A DNA stretch of 63,878 nt, the filler included, from Jimgerdemannia flammicorona (lineage: Eukaryota), in assembly GCA_003990765.1 (NCBI GenBank). It is 2 parts of 2 records of this genome, joined end to end, with 100 filler letters (N's around TTAATTAATTAA, not from the genome) between each part and the next. Parts side by side here need not be neighbours in the genome. Positions count along the whole stretch, not along the records: positions 1 to 31,893 come from RBNJ01000374.1; positions 31,994 to 63,878 come from RBNJ01000375.1. The stretch is one strand, 5' to 3'. This document shows positions 25,906 through 39,019 of the stretch, one piece after another; position 1 is the first letter of the stretch; every line of letters begins with the position of its first letter. Position numbers and translations under genes: made by a program. The notes under the pieces are model-generated. The model did not search any database. It had not been told where the DNA came from and saw only the letters and a program-made list of their open reading frames with translations.

Positions 25906-28900
25906 ATGTTCATTATATATTGGTCTTGGGCAAGTAATATCTTTAAATTAATCTCTAACAAATGAGCAAATATAGTAATAGAGATATACTTGATGTTTCA
26001 ATTCTATAAGAGGAAACTTAAGTACTAGAAATAACAAAGATTTTATTTTTTCTATAGCTTAAGAAGTGATATATAGATTTGCTAGTCTTCAATAACTTAA
26101 ATTTCCAGAAAGGACTATTTGCAACTTCTTAGACTTTGACAATACCTAGATTCACTCTGATAAAAAGAAAATATTGAAACTTTTGCAGACTAAGTAATTT
26201 TCTAAAATAAGTTCTAAGTCACTTATAATGTCATAATATTGAAAACCATCATTACTATTATAATATCAAGCTTTATTTAGTCTGGTAATGCTAGATTTTT
26301 TTACTATATCAATGATGTGATCTATATAATCTACTGTTGTTTTACAATAAAGTCTTTTAATCAATCCAAAACTACCATCATATTTGAATTTGATATGGCT
26401 GGAAACTATAAAATTTAATTCAATACTTTCAAAGTACTCACAAATTACTAAGTATAGGTAAAACCAAAGAGTAGTGTTATTTTTATTCTATTTATCTGTA
26501 TTGTTACAAGTAACCTTTAAATATTTTTCACTTTTATTTAATTGCTTAATTCTATCAAAGATCAGACTAAGTATACTGTTCAGGTCCTTTTCAAGAAGTT
26601 TGTTCTCATCAAGGATATAATTAATTTGTTTTTTTTTTTTTTTTTTTTTTTTTATAGTCACTTGGACTTTGCCATTTATTACCAGTCTATTGTTAAATAT
26701 ATAGTCTTCCTCCCACTACCCAATCCCTATAGGGGAGCCTTTCCCCACCCCCACCCAAGCAAAGACCACCTTCTCCCCTACCACTCCTACCCTTCTCCCA
26801 CTCTGCTTATAAATTTTCTCTACTAAATGACACCTCTGACCCCCCTGTATTTCCCAACTGAGCCACCAGTCCATTAAGGTATCCTCCATAAGGCTATTCC
26901 ACTGCCGCAGTCAGATCTCCAAGCCCAGCCTCCTCCCATCCTCAAAAACAAATAACTAGTAGCCAGCCAATCCTATCCAAATGGCCAGAGTCTAGTCTAG
27001 CATGAGCCATTCCTTTCTCACCCCCCCCTATCAGTCTGTCTCTCAAATCCTCCCACTGCCTCTACATACTAGTTCCCCTGCCCCTTATCTCCAAATGATC
27101 TCCAACAGTCTGCCAAAAGTCACTAAGTATCTCACACTCCCCTAGCCAATGTTTAGATATCTGTATATAATCCTCTTTCTATCCTATATTATAGCACTTC
27201 TTGCAGTCAAAGTAACTCTCTGTAATAAGATGACCTGAGCAGTAATTGAGTATAACATTCCTCCTCAGCATATGCCACTAAGTCATCCAGTACTTCAGTG
27301 GCATCCATCTTCTCACCTCAGTACTCTATGCCCAAATGCTACACCAGTTCCACTCCTTGCCAATTTCTACACCTTACCAACCACTGGGCTACAGATCCTG
27401 GCCCAGTCCCCTCTGGCAGTCTATTCTATCACTAATGTCAAACTTAAGTAATGGGGTGCCATCCAGCAACACCCAGTCCCATCTCCACATCACCAGGTCC
27501 CAATCCTCCTCTCCTTTATTTCTCTGCCAATGGATTCTGATACAGTGCACCCTATCTGCTATCTCCCACTAGAAGCCTTTATATCATAATTGATTAGTGT
27601 TCTGAAGTCCAACCAGAGATAGGAGGTCACCAGTTGAGCCTCTTAGTGAGGACTACCTCTCTCAAACCTTCTGTAATAGGGGAACTCAACCACTCCCTCT
27701 CAATTCCATGGCTCTCTTCAACCACCAAATCCTCAAGCAGTGTAGCCTCTTTGGAAAGTCAACTAGTCTTAGTCTACCACTCACCACTGGTAAGGACAAG
27801 ACCTCCCAGCTTATCTGACTCCTCCTTTCAGCCCAGATCCATCTCTTGGCAAGCTTCATCAGCCTCTTCACCACCCAGGATAGGAAGTCCAGATGATACA
27901 TCAGATATGTACCACAACTTCGGCAGCCAGTAGATGTTCAAAATTGTAATATGCCCTGCCAGGGACAATTGACAGCCCCCCCAACTCCACAGGGCCTTCC
28001 CCTAGATTCCAATCCACTACTCCCACCAAAGCCTGGATAGTACTGACCCATATACTGATAAATAGATACCCAAGTACCACACTGTCTCACCAGTAGGGAT
28101 AATTGTTCCAATAACCTCTTTGACCACCAGACTATTGCCTAACACTATTGTTTTGTATTTATGCCAATTAAGTCTTGCCTTAGAGTTCTTCTCATACCAC
28201 TCCACTATCTCTTTAAGCTCCTCAACATCAGCAATTAATCCTAGTCCAACCACCATATCATCCACAAAGGCCCCTACCTTCCACTCAATGTCAAAGATGG
28301 AGAGCCCTACTATCTTCTACCTAATTCTATCCAGTAGTGGTTCCAGGGAAAGGGTATACAAAATGGGGGACAATGGGTCCCCCTGGAGTGCCCCTCTACT
28401 CAGGGGAAAAGCCACCCCTTGATGTCCATTATACATGAGTGCCGCCCTACTCCCTTCCAGTAGACTGACTATTGCTGACTGGAACTGATACAGAACCCCA
28501 GCCCTATCCAAAACTTTTGTCAGCCAGACTCACCTCACCTGGTCATAAGCCTTCTCCTGGTCCAAGAAGACCAGGCACCCATCCAATTCACAAGCTCATG
28601 CCCCTTCAATAACTCCATATACCCAGGCCATACTATCCCTAATGAGCTGTCTCCCTACAAAGCCTCTCTGCTCAATACCCAAGATTTGCTGTGCCACCTT
28701 TTGTAGCCTTGCAACCACCACCTTAGTAACTAACTTTCTGTCTATATCCAAGAGCATAATTGGCCTCCAGTTCTTTCTGTCCTCTCACCTTCTTTTGTTC
28801 TTATAGAGTAATGTCACTAACCCCAGATCCTGTTCCCCCACCCATCTCCCTATCTGTAGAATAAAATCACACAATGCCATCATCTCACCCAGTATTCCTG

Positions 28901-29900
28901 AGATCCTGACTATCTTCTAGAAATCCCAGGGCAGACCATCTTCCCCAGGTGCTATACCTGGCATTATCATGGTGAGAATCTGACAGATCTCCTCCTCTTG
29001 GACTGGCAACACCAAGTCATCTATCCTATCTACTTGTGGGGGTTGCCAATCTTCTAATATATGGTCAATCATATCAGTATCTACCCCACCCTCCTTCTCA
29101 CTCCACAATCCACTCCAGTGCTTCTTTAAAGATCTAAGAATGTCTATAATTAATTTTCTCATAAATTGCTTTATCTTGGATACCAAACAAGTATATTTTA
29201 TGAGTACTAAGATAATATACTCATAGTTATACATAATAGATAACTATATTAATGCTATAATATTGAATATTATTATTTGCTAGTGAGGATTGATTGATGA
29301 ATTTTCTTTATTCTTAGCCAATTTGGTATTTTTATTATAATAATTTTATTCTAATTTGGCTTTGGCTAGATATTCTTTATATCTTTTTAATAAATTCTAG
29401 ACCTCTTCCTCTTTATAGGCTTTGAATTATAAGTTGTTCTATAAGTATTAACAAGTGTTACATAAATTGGTTTAGGGGCTTATGATTTGGATATATAGAG
29501 TTAGCTGGTATTATAATTTATAGAAGACATCATATCTGAGTGCATTCAGAGTGCTATCTTCTTCCAAATTGGCTAGAAAGTCTTGGTGAACAGATTTATA
29601 GCTTATTTCTATGGGTAAAAAAATAATTGATTAAGTGACCTGATTAATATTTCTTACTGGACTAGATAAGCCATGAACTTTGGCATAATTTAGCAAAACA
29701 TTCTTCACTATAATAGCTACATCTTTATCAATAACCATCTTTGTAACAGTGTGTCTTTACTGTTATGGTAATTACACTCTTTAAATTAATAATCCTTAAT
29801 ATTAATAACTTAAAGACACTTATATCAGGTATCTGTAGCTTGAGAAAGTGGCTGTTTTAATGCCTAAGTACTGTCTGTTGTACTTCTAATTGATCTAGTC
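25906..29900 (-). mobile_element. Degenerate Sola-like DDD transposase (DNxxGQNKN / GHTKFxxDGxFGLIK type), split by a LINE
   Basis: N-half (29145-29900): HGLSSPVR...SP*TNLCNTC...LFGIQDKA...INY. C-half (25906-26627): QINYILDE...CNNTDK*NKNN...SHIKFKYDGSFGLIKR...KDITCPRP. Confidence 0.7.
26629..29144 (-). mobile_element. 5'-truncated L1/Tx1-clade LINE with poly(A) tail and TSD
   Basis: RT motifs APGEDGLP, DQEKAYD, GALQGDPLSP, FVDDM, YLGI. Poly(T) on + at 26629-26653. TATAATTAATTT occurs at 26616-26627 and 29145-29156. Confidence 0.88.
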
Positions 29901-30376
29901 TCCTTCTGGTAGACTTGAATAACAATTTGGCAATCATAGACTTTAATTCTTTAAAGTCTAAGTCTTTTAGTATATCCTTCTTAGATATAGTCAGGTTCTG
30001 AGAATTATATTTAGATCCTTCAGAGTTCAAGTATTTATAGAATTCAGGATATCTATTTTTAGATATAGTATCTTTTAGTTTAAGTTATTTAGAGACTTAT
30101 CTATATATTATAGACTTTTTAAGTCTTAATTGAGATTAAATGTTCTGTCAATATTCTGTCCTTTATTGAGTTGCTTGCTTGAGAGAATTTATACATTTTA
30201 AGGACTTTACATATTGACTGACTATTGGCTAAAAGATATAAGACAAAAAGTTGCTTAAGAATGATGTAAAAATTATACCATAATAGTATTATTATAAAGT
30301 CATAATGATGCTATTTAATGATATTATTTTCATGTACTATTTATGAAGTAATGTTCTAGATTTTCAACTAAGACTT

Positions 30377-31857
30377 TGTGATGTAATATATTATATCATG
30401 AGATAGTAACAGACTTCTCTGAAAGGAGATAAGACTTCTTCTAGAGTCTCAGACCTAGATAATATAGTACTAAACTTATCAGAGTCTAGTTCTGATCTGG
30501 TAGTTATAGATAATGATATAGATATTAGTAAGGCTAGTCTCACATTGAATGGTATAGGAATTCTCTGTAGCCAGATATTTATAGGTATCTGGATCTGAGA
30601 AGTAAGTGCTTAGAATAGACTAATGATATAAGCATATAATCTCCAAGCTACTGAATTGGACAAATCTCAAGCTATTACCAGATTGGCCACCTTCTAGAAT
30701 ATATAGTTGAACACTACTATGATATTAACATTACTCAGATATCCCAATACTAGAAACTTATTGCCCACAAATACAGTGAACTCTTCTATGAGAATAGCTC
30801 CTTTATTTTCTATCTCTAAGTTACTATTACTGAAATGGTTGCAATTCTATCCTATAGTCAAATTGATGATATAATACAAGAACTCAACCATAAGTATATT
30901 GAGTATGTTCAAACTACAGACAGAACTTTCCTACATCCTGATAACTATATTCTACAAATGCCCCAAGTTGAATATACTATGAAGGATATCTACAATATAA
31001 TACAATTTGATGATAATAAAGTAAAAGATAATGATCCCTCTGATACTGATATGACCTTGAGCCAGAAATCTCTACCAACTCTGATCACTCTGCCAGCCTT
31101 ACTGATGAACTTATAACAGTTCATAACTACCTATGAGATCTATTAGGATAATGACCACTGGTATAAATATTAACCCACATTTACTCCTAATTACTTCAAC
31201 TATAATGAAGAGACTGGAGAATACAACCTATATCTCCAGATAACCCTCAAGATCAAACCAGCAACTCCACCATCTAAGTATGAGCAATATGAAGTATAAC
31301 TACCAGTATACTACAACTCTATAACTCATAGTTCTGTAACTTATAGAAGGTATATAGATAGTGAATCTAATAAAAGCAAAGATGATACACCTCTTTTTTA
31401 CCTACCAACTCTATATCTAGCATATGAGACAGATGATGCTATCCTATGGAATAGCAATAAAGTCCCAATATATTATCATCTCAGTAAACAGAGAGAGGTA
31501 ATCTACAAACCACTCTTCCTAGACAACTACTTTATCAGAGATAATATCATTGATAGTAATGACATCAAAGACTACCTAGATAATATCTAAATCTATAGAT
31601 AGCTTAGCAGTCATTAGTATAGTTAGATTAGTCTCATATAATATAACTGTGAACTAACTCAGTAGTCAGATAATCTCTTAATATATCAGATCATACTTAT
31701 CTATGTGACTGTATTCTGACTTAACAAAGTACTAAGTGTTATATCTATATTCAGTATAGTTCAGATAGCCCCTCACTAGTATAAATACCCTCTCTCCCAG
31801 ACCTCAGAATTACAGACTTGAATAATCTGAATATAACTTCTAAGCACTTTATAATAT

Positions 31858-31860
<3 letters not shown>
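30377..31860 (+). mobile_element. Degenerate LTR-retrotransposon 3' region (extra-ORF homolog and LTR-like tail)
   Basis: Starts TGTGATG. 30661-30885 translates to a homolog of the Gypsy extra ORF at 33666. TATAAATACCC near 31780. CpG is essentially absent. Confidence 0.45.
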
Positions 31861-31893
<33 letters not shown>

Positions 31894-31993
31894 NNNNNNN
31901 NNNNNNNNNNNNNNNNNNNNNNNNNNNNNNNNNNNNNTTAATTAATTAANNNNNNNNNNNNNNNNNNNNNNNNNNNNNNNNNNNNNNNNNNNN
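31894..31993. other. Assembly gap with artificial six-frame stop linker
   Basis: 44 N + TTAATTAATTAA + 44 N = exactly 100 bp. Confidence 0.95.
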
Positions 31994-34617
31994 AGTTCCA
32001 GTGGACTGGCAGACAACAAAAAGCATTTGATGAACTCAAGGTCAGACTAACTCAGGCACCCATCCTCAGACGACCCAATTGGACCCAAGAATTTATCCTT
32101 CAGACAGATGCAAGTGCACAGGGACTAGGAGTAGTCCTAGCTCAAAAAGAAGACAAAAAAGAGTATGTCATTGCATATCTTAGCCACAGAACCCGAGGAG
32201 CTGAAAAAGAATATGAGTCCTACAAGTTGGAATGCCTTGCAGTCATCTGGGCTGTGGAAAAGTTCCACTACTATCTGGCCGGAAGACACTTCACCATCCA
32301 GATGGACCACTCAGCTCTCACCTGGCTACTGACAACCGGACAACCCAAGGGAATCTATGCCAGATGGATAATGAAGTTACAAGCCTATGATGTAACCATC
32401 ATGCACTGCCCTGGAAGAACAAATTCCAATGCAGATGCTCTCTCACGGACACCTTGAACTACCTCCAACCAACAAATCAATCATGAATAAGGAGCTCTAC
32501 TACGGAATTATCACATACTTGGGACAGCGAAAGATGCCCCAACATCTGGAAGAATGGACACAGACAACTATCAACAGAACATGGAAACAATTCGAAACTG
32601 ATGGAGAAACACTGAAGAAAGGAAAACTACTAGTCATACCAGAACACAAGAAGGAGCAAGCAATGAAATCAGTACACGAACTCGGCCATCTAGGAGGAAC
32701 GAATACATACGACAAGGCAAGAAGAACAATATGGTGGCCAGGGATGGAGGAAGATATCAGACAATTCATCAAAACATGCGACAAATGCCAGAAACAGAAA
32801 TAAGACCAACGAAACCAAGCCCCAGGATCATCACACATAGAACCAGTACCATTCACCCACATTGCAATGGATATAATCGGCCCTCTACCCTTGACCCTGA
32901 CTGGTAACCGATACATCATTGTCATCGTAGACCTTTTTACAAAGTGGATAGAAGCAGGACCTCTTATGGAAGCCAATGCACAGTCAATCGCCGATTTCTT
33001 CTACAAGGAAATCATCTGCCGGTTCAAGACCCCAACACAAGTAACTACAGATAGAGGAACTGAATTCGTGAACCAGTTCTTCGAAGTTCTCTACAAGAAG
33101 TACAAGATCCAGCACATTTGGACCACAGCCTATCACCCTCAAGGAAATGGACAAGTAGAAAGGACCAACAAGACCCTCAAGAACGTTATCGCCAAGATCT
33201 GTGATAACTATGAGAACTGGGATCACTATCTGCCAATAGCATTATCTGCTCTCCAGGATATCTGATCACAAAGCACCCACTTTACCCCTCGAGAAATGCT
33301 GTTCGGAGAAGAATGTTCTCAAGGAACCCTATCATCCAATGGAGATACTGTATGGAAACATGTGGACATGAAAATATGGAGACTACACCAAATCAGGAAG
33401 AAGGCTGAGGATTACATAACCAAGGCGCAGACACTACAATGGAGGAATGCGGAAAAGATCCACAAGCCCTTGGAGATTATCAAGATAGGAGACAAGGTCC
33501 TGGTGTATCGGAACATGGTAGAGGCTTCATGGTCACGAAAACTGGAGCCCAAGTAGGAAGGACCTTACCTTGTGCAGGATATAAAAGGGACCACCTTTTG
33601 GCTATGAAAACCCTCAGGCACAATAATCCCCACCACCATTCACCGAAACCGACTCAAGAAATATCATGGCCAGTAACAAAAGTACAGCGATGGCACTCAA
33701 GATCACTAGTGCTGCCCAAAGAGCCATCGAAAGACAATGGCACACCACCGAGCCTCCGACCATAGAGCTATACTATGAGGATATTCAGAGTATTGTGCAG
33801 ACTCATCTCTCGTGGATCTCACACTTCAGAGCCTATCAGTATCGTGCAGAATTCCAAGAGTATTTCAAGCTTGGACAGGTGCTCAATCAGGATCCAGTAA
33901 AGACCAAGGAGGACTGGATCGCCGAGTGTCAACTCTCTCACTCACAGATCACTATTGCCAAAAGGATCCACAAGTTATTTTGAGAAGATGAAGCAGCGAT
34001 AGACCACCTGAGAGGAGTAACCCCTACTGACTTTGAGAAAGTAAGAAGACACCATTGGGAAACAGTCATACAGCAAATTGCGCAGTACAAGATCATACAG
34101 ACTGTTGAAGCCTGGGAGTTTGAATAGATGCCTCAGGAGTTGTGATGGTACAGCCAGATTTGGAAGAAGGAAATAGGGAATAGACACTTGATCGCACTCA
34201 TTCCCAAAGTAGTATAGCATTATAGTTAGCAGTCCTCGATTCCGACATTGTCTAATTTCTTAGACATTGTCTAAATTTTAGACATTATCTAAATCGAATA
34301 CCCCGATTTAGTATAGCATTTAGACATTGTCCAAATGTTTCGACAAAGTCCAAATGACTCATTTATTACTTAGCCACCCTCTCATAGCTAGCAAACTTGT
34401 ATAAATAACCCAGTATCTTCGAGTGAATAAACCTCAGATCAAAATAGTTCAAAGCAAAGAGTTAAGCAAAGGAACTAGTAAGCCTGCAGGCAGATACACT
34501 TCGAACTCACCCACCCTCCCTTGCAACTTCAAGAGACTCTGCAAGAGTCAGAATAGTCAAGTTTTCAAGATACAGAAATCTGACATACTTTCAAGAGTAA
34601 GCGTCTGCTACATTACA
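31994..34617 (+). mobile_element. Ty3/Gypsy LTR retrotransposon, 3' half (RNase H, integrase, extra ORF, 3' LTR)
   Basis: RNase H: LQTDAS, ECLAV, DHSAL, NADALSR. Integrase: H-GH...CDKC, DIIGP, TDRGTEF, YHPQGNGQVER, EGPY. Scattered nonsense codons. Confidence 0.92.
34141..34617 (+). repeat. 3' LTR of the Gypsy element
   Basis: Terminal inverted repeat TGTGATG...CATTACA, TATA box GTATAAATA near 34400, AATAAA near 34426. Confidence 0.75.
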
Positions 34618-34859
34618 ATAGATATAGGAACTATTGAGAGAAGTATGGCAATGCAAATACCACTGAAACTGATGAAAGCAGTAACTTATTTTTATATAAG
34701 CTACCAGCTCTACCACTAATTCCATCAGTACAAGATCTATATCTATAATAAGCAGCTTCACCAACACCAAATCCACTAATCTGTTATCTTCAAATCCCAG
34801 TCATTGAAATACTTTTGGACTAATAAAAAGTAGTAATGATTAATATGCCAATATAGCTG

Positions 34860-35260
34860 ATGCCAATGATGTCTGGTTAATGAATTCTGAAGTCATACAA
34901 TATATAATACTACATAAAGAATAGTTCTCTACATATGAGCCCTTTGAATACTCCGTATTTATTAAGTTAGGAGATAATAATATCATCTATGCTCAAGGAA
35001 AGGGAAATTTAGAGATATATCTCTATAGAAATGTCATTGAGCCTACCACTACTCTTGGAGATATGCTGTATACTCTAGAGATAGAAACAAACCTCTTCTC
35101 TATAGAAAAAATGATATCCTATGATAACAAAGAGATCTACATATATTCAAAAGATACTACCATATACAATTCACATATTAATGAGCTATTAATAGCTTTA
35201 AAATGTGGAAATCTTTATATGATCAATAGTATGCCAAATGGTATGAAAGTCTCTGCTTAG
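34860..35260 (+). mobile_element. Ty1/Copia pol (protease region) remnant
   Basis: VWLMNSEVIQYI...FSTYEP...IKLGDN...AQGKG...DMLYTLEIETNLFSI matches an eroded WxxDSGAxxHM...G.G...VLYxP...NLxS pattern. Confidence 0.7.
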
Positions 35261-36575
35261 CTGTGACAGTATATCCTTCTAATTTATCTTTCAGGAATTT
35301 GAATACTGATTCCTATATAGACTTATTTGACTTCTTGGTTGGAAACTGTGACTTCTTCAGCTGTATATAGGTCATATTTAGCTGCCTTTTGGCTTCTTTT
35401 AGTTGGGGCCATAGCTGTTGTCCTTAACTTGACAAAGTCTAGTATCTTAGTAGTCAGATTGTTGAGGTAATGTAGAATGGTGATAGTTGCCCATATTATT
35501 GTTTGAGATTTTCAATTAGGGCAGACACTGACCATATATCCTGTCTTTCAGTAATAAAAGTATACTCTGCTTCTTCAGAGTTCATTTCTTTCTCCTTCAG
35601 TAAGTTTCTTGAAGGTACTCAGCTAAGTGGGTTCAGAATTTTAGAGTGTCTAAGAGATAGATGTGAAGAGAGCTCAGAATGCTTCATGCTTGAGTTCTTC
35701 TTTCTTGTTCTAAGATTTTTTCTTATTATTGAATTGTCTCCAAGGCAGAATAGGTCCAGCTGTTAGAATTTGCTTGACCATAGTCTTGATTCTTGCCATA
35801 TACTATTGTTGGTGATCACAACCAACTGGATGTCCTTGTTCTCAGATCTTTCTTGTGAGCCATTCTGATAGTGCATCAAATAAATGGTCTGCTCTTGTAC
35901 TATTTCATGCTTCATCATTGGTAATATATCTTAACCTAATAGTGTTCAGGAGTGACTCAAGTTTTATATAGATGGTTTTGAATTCCCCAGAGCATAATCA
36001 ACTAAAAATTTTTCCACGCTCGATAATTGATTTAATAATATTGTAAATTGTAAATTCTTTGAATCAACCTTTGCGCTCCCAAATTGAGGGAAGGTAAACA
36101 TGCCATTTTGATACAGCATTGCAGTTTATAATTATTATTATTTTTATTCAAATATATTATACCAACGTTTTTTAACCTCGTTCGCACTGCATATACATTA
36201 ATGGTCCGCTCCCCAATATATTAATGTGAGCTGACTTAATGAAACCAACAAATGTCATTATGCACCCAATGCCTTCTTAAACATGCTCAATAATTATCAT
36301 AATATGCACATCTAATATGACCAACATCGACCCATCTCCTGCTCTAGGGCTGTTAAATGGTTTGAAACCGAAAGGTTCCAACTGGTTTGAACCGCTTCGG
36401 TTTGGTTCGATTCGGTCAGCGGTTTCAAAACGATTTGTATCTTTATTTCTTATTTGCATAAGAATAAATCATACAAATACTTCCTGTATGAGTTTATATA
36501 TTCAGAATCGGCTACTTGACTTGAAACAGTAAAAGAACTTGGTCTCTTTCAGCAAAAAGTACAATCCGCAAGGTG

Positions 36576-36946
36576 TCTGCCATTTGATCTGAACGTTTAA
36601 AATTTAATAACTTCATGAAACTACACCCAGTATTAATGACGTTGATCATGTTTGAAAGCTATGAATATTGGCTTTCAGCCACATTTTATTTGGATGAAAT
36701 CGGATGTGTTTTCATAGAGCTATTGCACTTTAAAAAAACTCGGGTCGATCGCCGTTTCAAGAGTCAACCCGCGATCGACCTGAGTTTTTTAAAGTGCAAT
36801 GGCTCGATGAATACACATCCGATTTCATCGAAATAACATATTCCTGGAAGCCACTATTAATAGCTTCCAAACAGGACCAAGATCATTAAGATTGGATATG
36901 GATTCATGGAGTTATTAAATTTTAAAAGCTCAGGTCGAAAGGTGGA
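36576..36946. repeat. ~370-bp imperfect palindrome (foldback/MITE-like)
   Basis: Arms of ~175 bp around an 18-nt loop, e.g. GCACTTTAAAAAAACTCGGGTCGATCGC / GCGATCGACCTGAGTTTTTTAAAGTGC. Confidence 0.9.
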
Positions 36947-39019
36947 AGTTACTACTCATGACTGAGACAAGCCATGCAATGACGATGGCACCCGAAATGA
37001 AGACAGCTATTCAATGCCTGAAACAAATACATCCGAAACCAATATGCCCGAGACCTAAGTGCCTAAGACATTCCTGCATTTATTGACCTGTGGTCTCTCA
37101 TGAGCCGCTAATTTACATCTTTTACAAAAAACACTTATATATCAAAATGAGTGCCTCCCGAAGCAGCGTTTATCACCACTTTACGAAATTGGCCAATGGC
37201 TCAAGGCAGTGCAACTATTGTCCTAAAGAGAAGATTTATCAAGCCAGTAGTGCTACATCTACCTTGCGGACTCACATCAAGAAATGTCATCCCGAAAAGA
37301 TGACCAAGGAAGGGGAAACTGAATTGCCTCTTACCCAGCAAGAGCACGAGACTATTACAAGTAGTTACATTACATGGATAGTCAAAGATCTTCAACCATT
37401 CTCAACTTCCGATAATGAAGACTTCAAAGCCTTCATAAAGCACCTGAATCCAAGATATTATATTCCTTGCTGTCAACCTACTCATAAACTAGTGATGGAG
37501 AAATTCAAATCTTACAAAGGGCATATTCACCATACTCTATGCCATACAGCAGGAGCTATATCTTTGATGTGTGATCTCTGGACCTCAGGATCCATGGACA
37601 GTTATTGTGGAGTGATAGTATATTTCATCAATTCAAATTGAAAACTCCAGTCAATTATTTTGGACATTTGCCCTATGCCACATCCTCACACTGGCAAAGC
37701 AATAAAGGATATTCTTTTGATAACTATTATAGAATATTGTATCAAAGATAAGTTTCTGGCACTTGTTACTGATAATGTCTCAAATATGACTTGTGGCTTT
37801 CACTTACTTGCAGAAATCATCCTCAGCAAATATGAGAGAGAAATATACTATATCAGATATAGTGCACATGTTATCAACCTTGTTGTTTAGGATGGCTTGA
37901 AGAATATGATGAGGATAACCCCAACAGCCTACTTATGAAGCTTTGCCTTTGTGTGAATACAATCCAAAGGAGCCCTAAAATTATTGAAGAATTCAAACAG
38001 TACTGCAAAGACTGTGAGATTGACTACTATGACCTTTCCCATAATTGTCCCATAAGATGGTCCTCTATATTTGCCATGATCGATACTGCTATCCTCCAAA
38101 AGCTGGCCTTCAGCTCTTGTTTATCTGGTCCCAAACAAAGAACATTAGCAATACACTTGAGTCAAATGAGTGGAAGGCCCTCAAAATGCATGTCAAAGTT
38201 TTAAAAATCTATGCTGAAGCCACCAAAGTTCTCTCAACGTATTTGGAGCCAACACTTCATGAAGTTGAAGAAATTTATTCTCTTATAAAGAAATACCTGA
38301 ATGATAAAAAGATTCCAGCATATAGAGCTATAGCAAGCAAACTTCAAGAATATACTACTAAGCTTTCAGATGTACACTGATTAGCACAAGTACTATATCC
38401 TGGTATAAAACTAGAGAAAGATGATAAGAAATACAAGTTGAAAATCAGCAAGCTTAAGAAGTATGCAGACCTCATTGCTCAAGCTGTTTCCAGCATCCCA
38501 TAGGAAGCTCTGATATTCCTGCCATCCTACAAAAAGAAGAAACCAGTGCAAAAGTTCCATGAGCTAGTTGGAGAATCTATTATCATAGAGAGAAGTACTT
38601 TTGTGAAGAATTATAATATGAATGTGAACAATGAAATTAATTGCTACCTTTCAACTGCTAATGGAGATAGCAGTAATAATCCTCTCAACTAGTGGCAGTT
38701 AAATGAAAGTCAATTTCCAATACTGGTGATCATGGCTTGGGATATTTTGGCAATTCTAGCTTTTAGTATTCTCTGTGAATAGCTTTTTTTAATCGCTAGC
38801 AACACTATCACAAAAAACTGCAACTCACTTTTGCTGGAGAGTACTCAGGCAGTATTGTGCCTTCATTCTTGGTTGTTATTTATTGAGTCTACTGATAAAG
38901 TGTAAAATATAAAAACTGATAGTTGATAGAGTTGTTCTGTTATAATTACTTGAGGCCAATTAGTGATTATATTAAAAGAAAGAGAAGAGTCATCAATATA
39001 CTTCTCAGATTATTTGAGT

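Noticed and set aside
31894..31993. Palindromic TTAATTAATTAA within Ns
   Set aside because: Artificial six-frame-stop contig linker. It also means adjacency of the two halves of the window is not guaranteed.
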